A DNA stretch of 60,320 bases from NCBI GenBank assembly GCA_041598875.1, contig JBFHXP010000003.1:1-60320 (forward strand), written 5' to 3'. Both the position numbers and the translations under genes were made by a program. Below are positions 55,683 through 60,320 of this stretch, in pieces. The stretch comes from Desulfobulbales bacterium. GTDB lineage: Bacteria; Desulfobacterota; Desulfobulbia; Desulfobulbales; BM004. The notes under the pieces are model-generated. The model was not told where the DNA came from, ran no database searches, and saw nothing but the letters and a program-made list of their open reading frames with translations. Numbering within the stretch: the stretch's first letter is position 1; each line of letters begins with the position of its first letter.

Positions 55683-56003
55683 ATGGCAACACTTGAGCAT
55701 AATGGAAAGTCCTTTGACGTAGACGAAGACGGCTTCCTGACCAAGGGTATGGAAGAGTGGAATGAGGACTGGGTTGACTATGTCAAGAGCATTGAGGGTA
55801 TCAGTGACTTGACCGAGGAGCATCAGAAGGTCATCAGCGCGCTGCAGGAATACTACAAGAAGAACGGAATCGCCCCCATGGTGCGGATTCTTTCCAAGAC
55901 CACCGGCTTCCCGCTGAAGAGAATTTATGAACTCTTCCCCTCTGGGCCCGGCAAAGGAGCCTGTAAAATGGCTGGCCTTCCGAAACCCACTGGTTGTGTC
56001 TAA
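55683..56003 (+). CDS. dsrC: DsrC (TusE/DsrC/DsvC family) with both C-terminal cysteines
   Basis: 106 aa. The C-terminus GACKMAGLPKPTGCV carries the two conserved Cys, 10 residues apart, that distinguish bona fide DsrC. Strong SD AAGGAGG. Confidence 0.92.
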   Translation: MATLEHNGKSFDVDEDGFLTKGMEEWNEDWVDYVKSIEGISDLTEEHQKVISALQEYYKKNGIAPMVRILSKTTGFPLKRIYELFPSGPGKGACKMAGLPKPTGCV

Positions 56004-56031
56004 TTCCACAGGGTTTTCGCTGTACGCCAAA

Positions 56032-56066
56032 AGAGAAGCAGGGGGTTCCTGCTTCTCTTTTTTTTT
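56032..56066 (+). terminator. rho-independent terminator after dsrC
   Basis: agagaagcagg / cctgcttctct stem with loop gggtt, then a T8-9 run. Confidence 0.85.
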
Positions 56067-56145
56067 GCCTTTTTCTGGACGGTCGTGAAGGCTGGCTGAA
56101 GAACGACGGCGAGATCTGTGATAAAGAGTCGTTTCCCAACGGCCA

Positions 56146-56916
56146 TCAGCCGGTCGATGGCAAATTCGCCAGCCGCTGGTGCACTGCCTCTATCCGGTTC
56201 TGGTATGCGAGGCCAGTGATCGCCGCCCCGCGGAGACCGCCGCGAAGGTTAATCTCCGCAAGATAGGTCTTGCCTTCAGGGGTGATCATCAGGTCGATGT
56301 GGGCATAGGGGAATCCCCCTCTTTGCATGACATCGGCGCAGAGTTTCAGCTGCTCTGTTTCCAGGGCGCAGGGAGAACTCTTTCCGCCAAAGTGGAGATT
56401 GTTGCGGAAACTGTGGTCGTTCTGCCGCCAGTATGCCTCGATATACCCGTCAATAATGATAACCCTGATGTCCCGGCAACCGGCAACATAGGGTTGGATA
56501 ACAAAGGGTGTCCTGATGGTTTCGAATGAGGCCAGTGTATAGATTTCTTCAATGGAATTCCAGAGATGTACGCCCATGCCGGCATTTTTGCGGTCATGTT
56601 TGCTCACCACCTTGCCCACCCCGCAACGTCCATACAGGCTGATTGCCTCCCGAAGGTCATGGAGGTCGTAAACCGCCATGGTCCAGGGAACCATGTACTG
56701 TGAAAAGAGACGGGTCTGCGCGGTTTTGAGGCGGCTTGCCAGCTGGCTGGTCGCTGAAGGGATAAGGGTAACACCGCGCTCGCGGAGGTCGAGAAGCATG
56801 GACTCCTCGCCCGGTTTCAGGCGGACGCGGCCAACCACAAGATCACCGGCGGCAAGCTCAGTATACCGTGCGCGCAACGTGGCGTTGTCAAGGATGATCC
56901 GTTGCTCTGCCGCCAA
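56146..56916 (-). CDS. ATP-grasp ligase (RimK / LysX-like)
   Basis: 256 aa. VVSKHDRKNAGMGVHL, FVIQPYV, DIRVIIIDG and AHIDLM...YLAEINL are the ATP-grasp nucleotide and Mg-binding blocks. Confidence 0.75.
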   Translation of the reverse strand: MAAEQRIILDNATLRARYTELAAGDLVVGRVRLKPGEESMLLDLRERGVTLIPSATSQLASRLKTAQTRLFSQYMVPWTMAVYDLHDLREAISLYGRCGVGKVVSKHDRKNAGMGVHLWNSIEEIYTLASFETIRTPFVIQPYVAGCRDIRVIIIDGYIEAYWRQNDHSFRNNLHFGGKSSPCALETEQLKLCADVMQRGGFPYAHIDLMITPEGKTYLAEINLRGGLRGAAITGLAYQNRIEAVHQRLANLPSTG

Positions 56917-56952
56917 TATGGTCCTCCGGGGGGTCGTTATGTATTGCCCTGC

Positions 56953-57189
56953 CTAAAAGAGCATTTCCAGAAAACGCTTGTGGTGTTGGGTGAGATCAGC
57001 ACCGCACTCGCCGCAATAGAAACGTACCTCGCCAAGTATCTGGGAATCGTCAAGCTCCTGGCTGAACGAGCCATCCTCATGCTGGACATAGCGGGTGGTG
57101 AGAATCGCATTATCTGCAATTTCGAGAAATTCCTGGTTGTTTCCGCACTCCGGACAAACGATCCGGCGGGAGGCCTGTATGGCAATCAC
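56953..57189 (-). CDS. small double-CxxC zinc-ribbon protein
   Basis: 78 aa with CPECGNNQEF...CGECGADL. It lies 36 nt upstream of the ATP-grasp gene on the same strand. Confidence 0.55.
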   Translation of the reverse strand: MIAIQASRRIVCPECGNNQEFLEIADNAILTTRYVQHEDGSFSQELDDSQILGEVRFYCGECGADLTQHHKRFLEMLF

Positions 57190-57215
57190 TGGTTTTTTTC
57201 AACTCGTTATGTAGT

Positions 57216-57320
57216 TAGTTTTCATCCGGAAACGACCTGCTGCGGACGTTCCGGTGTCAATTCAAGGGGGTGCATGTGCGGCATACGGGTGCGCCCGCAA
57301 CCCACCGGGGTCCTGAATAT
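57216..57320 (-). repeat. diverged partial copy (right half) of the MITE-like family
   Basis: The reverse complement ends ...gcacatgc...ttgacaccgga...ggtcgtttccggatgaaaacta, colinear with the right half of the full copies but more divergent. Confidence 0.5.
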
Positions 57321-57591
57321 TTTTTAGAGAAATTCTCTGCGCGGCGCCCGCGAATTATCTCTCAAATGGCACGGTACTGTACGAAAGAGAGTTCCACTTG
57401 TCAAGTATCAGCACCGGAAGCTCAGCCGTCACGAGGGTCATGCCGGAGGCCATCCGGCCCGGAGTTTTTTTGGTGAACACCTGATTATCCCTGGTCCGGT
57501 GAAAATACCCGTTGCCTGGGATCCGAGGGGATCTTCCCTCTCTCTCGCGGCGCGGTTCTTTCTGCCCGGGTCCCGCAGTTTAATAGATAAT

Positions 57592-57627
57592 TTTCATCCG
57601 GAAAAAACAGACTTTCCGGATGGACAC
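57592..57627 (-). mobile_element. 36-bp mini MITE (two terminal repeats only) with perfect 8-bp target duplication TAGATAAT
   Basis: tttcatccggaaaaaacagactttccggatggacac is flanked by tagataat at 57584-57591 and 57628-57635. Confidence 0.75.
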
Positions 57628-57902
57628 TAGATAATCTCAAAAGAACTGTTTTCGCCTGTTGGCGGTTCCTCCGTGACCTGGATATCATCAACCCGGGAAC
57701 TGGGGGATCCGCTGTGGAGCCAGGTGAACATTTTTTCCACAGCCAGCGCCTCCCCTTCGATCACCGCTTCAACCGTGCCGTCCTTTCTGTTGCGAACCCA
57801 GCCCGAGAGGTTGAGGCTTCTGGCCTTGTCCCGGGTGTGATCACGGAAAAAAACTCCCTGTACCCTTCCCCTGACTATGACATGGATCTTTTTTTTCGTC
57901 AT
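57627..57902 (-). CDS. acyP: acylphosphatase
   Basis: 91 aa. VRGRVQGVFFR and GWVRNRKDGTVE motifs. The stop codon TAG straddles the mini-MITE junction. Confidence 0.9.
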   Translation of the reverse strand: MTKKKIHVIVRGRVQGVFFRDHTRDKARSLNLSGWVRNRKDGTVEAVIEGEALAVEKMFTWLHSGSPSSRVDDIQVTEEPPTGENSSFEII

Positions 57903-57929
57903 GATTCTTTCCTCAAGGTGGAGTGCTGG

Positions 57930-60017
<2,088 letters not shown>

Positions 60018-60209
60018 TCAGGTCTTTGGTTTCTTCAGGAGCCTGCCGGCGTTGGCAATGTTTTCGTGTGCAACCTCATCGATAAAGATGGTAATGGTCT
60101 CCGGCGCCTTGTTTGCCACCCGGGAAATCACCGCGGTCACTTCGGCGCAGATCTCTTCCTTCTGTTTTTTTTTCAGGGTGCCGGCCACCCGTATGCTGAC
60201 ATAGGGCAT
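60018..60209 (-). CDS. 4-oxalocrotonate tautomerase family protein
   Basis: 63 aa from ATG 60209 (SD AAGGAGA). MPYVSIRVAG gives the catalytic Pro1 after Met removal. The ORF-track start at 60257 is too long. Confidence 0.75.
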   Translation of the reverse strand: MPYVSIRVAGTLKKKQKEEICAEVTAVISRVANKAPETITIFIDEVAHENIANAGRLLKKPKT

Positions 60210-60267
60210 CTTTTTCTCCTTCTTTATTGTGAAAAAAACGTTCCCAAAGGGAAACATACCAGGGCGC

Positions 60268-60320
60268 GGTGCTGGAAAAACTTGACTTTCCAGCCGGACC
60301 CTATTTAGTTTTCATCCGGA
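60268..60320 (-). repeat. MITE-like right end abutting a variant left-end hairpin; truncated by the window edge
   Basis: The reverse complement reads tccggatgaaa-actaaata-gggtccggctggaaagtcaagtttttccagcacc, the same end-to-hairpin tandem arrangement as at 11.0 kb. Confidence 0.5.

Overview
The window reads as a chromosomal segment of an anaerobic, sulfur-cycling Desulfobacterota-type bacterium. That assignment is an inference from gene content only: DsrC, TusA/DsrE-type sulfur relay proteins, a YeeE/YedE transporter, class III ribonucleotide reductase NrdDG and sigma-54 regulators. Most of it is well-supported housekeeping: gatCA, hisC, cmk, ald, serA, surE, ispDF, bioF plus a bioH-bioC fusion, pcnB, hisS, aspS, ppiD, nrdDG, ligA, one tRNA(CAT) and RNase P RNA. 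Six things go beyond routine annotation. (1) A dispersed MITE-like repeat family has about 184-bp full copies, about 36-50-bp mini copies and end fragments. It carries imperfect terminal inverted repeats (core CRTCCGGAAA) and 8-9 bp AT-rich flanking direct repeats, and in at least three places it has reshaped gene ends. (2) A compact tusA-dsrE-dsrF-like-dsrH-like operon includes a 57-aa gene below the ORF-track cutoff. A separate YeeE/TusA-like pair is followed by a membrane-anchored GGYGAPAA-repeat protein. (3) A B12-radical SAM gene converges on a GT2-radical SAM/SPASM operon. A 38-codon Cys-containing ORF sits at the convergence point; it is a speculative RiPP precursor, and a lipid or glycan modification role for the cluster is the alternative. 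(4) A low-GC islet (about 19.75-22.7 kb) holds decayed toxin-antitoxin, RAYT/REP and exported-protein genes. (5) An ATP-grasp ligase is paired with a small double-CxxC zinc-ribbon protein. (6) Several structured intergenic elements occur, including a three-way-junction-like element between gatC and gatA and a perfect 21-bp inverted repeat around a small ORF. I saw no CRISPR array, rRNA, intact transposase, integrase or reverse transcriptase. All homology statements rest on motif recognition by eye, not database searches.
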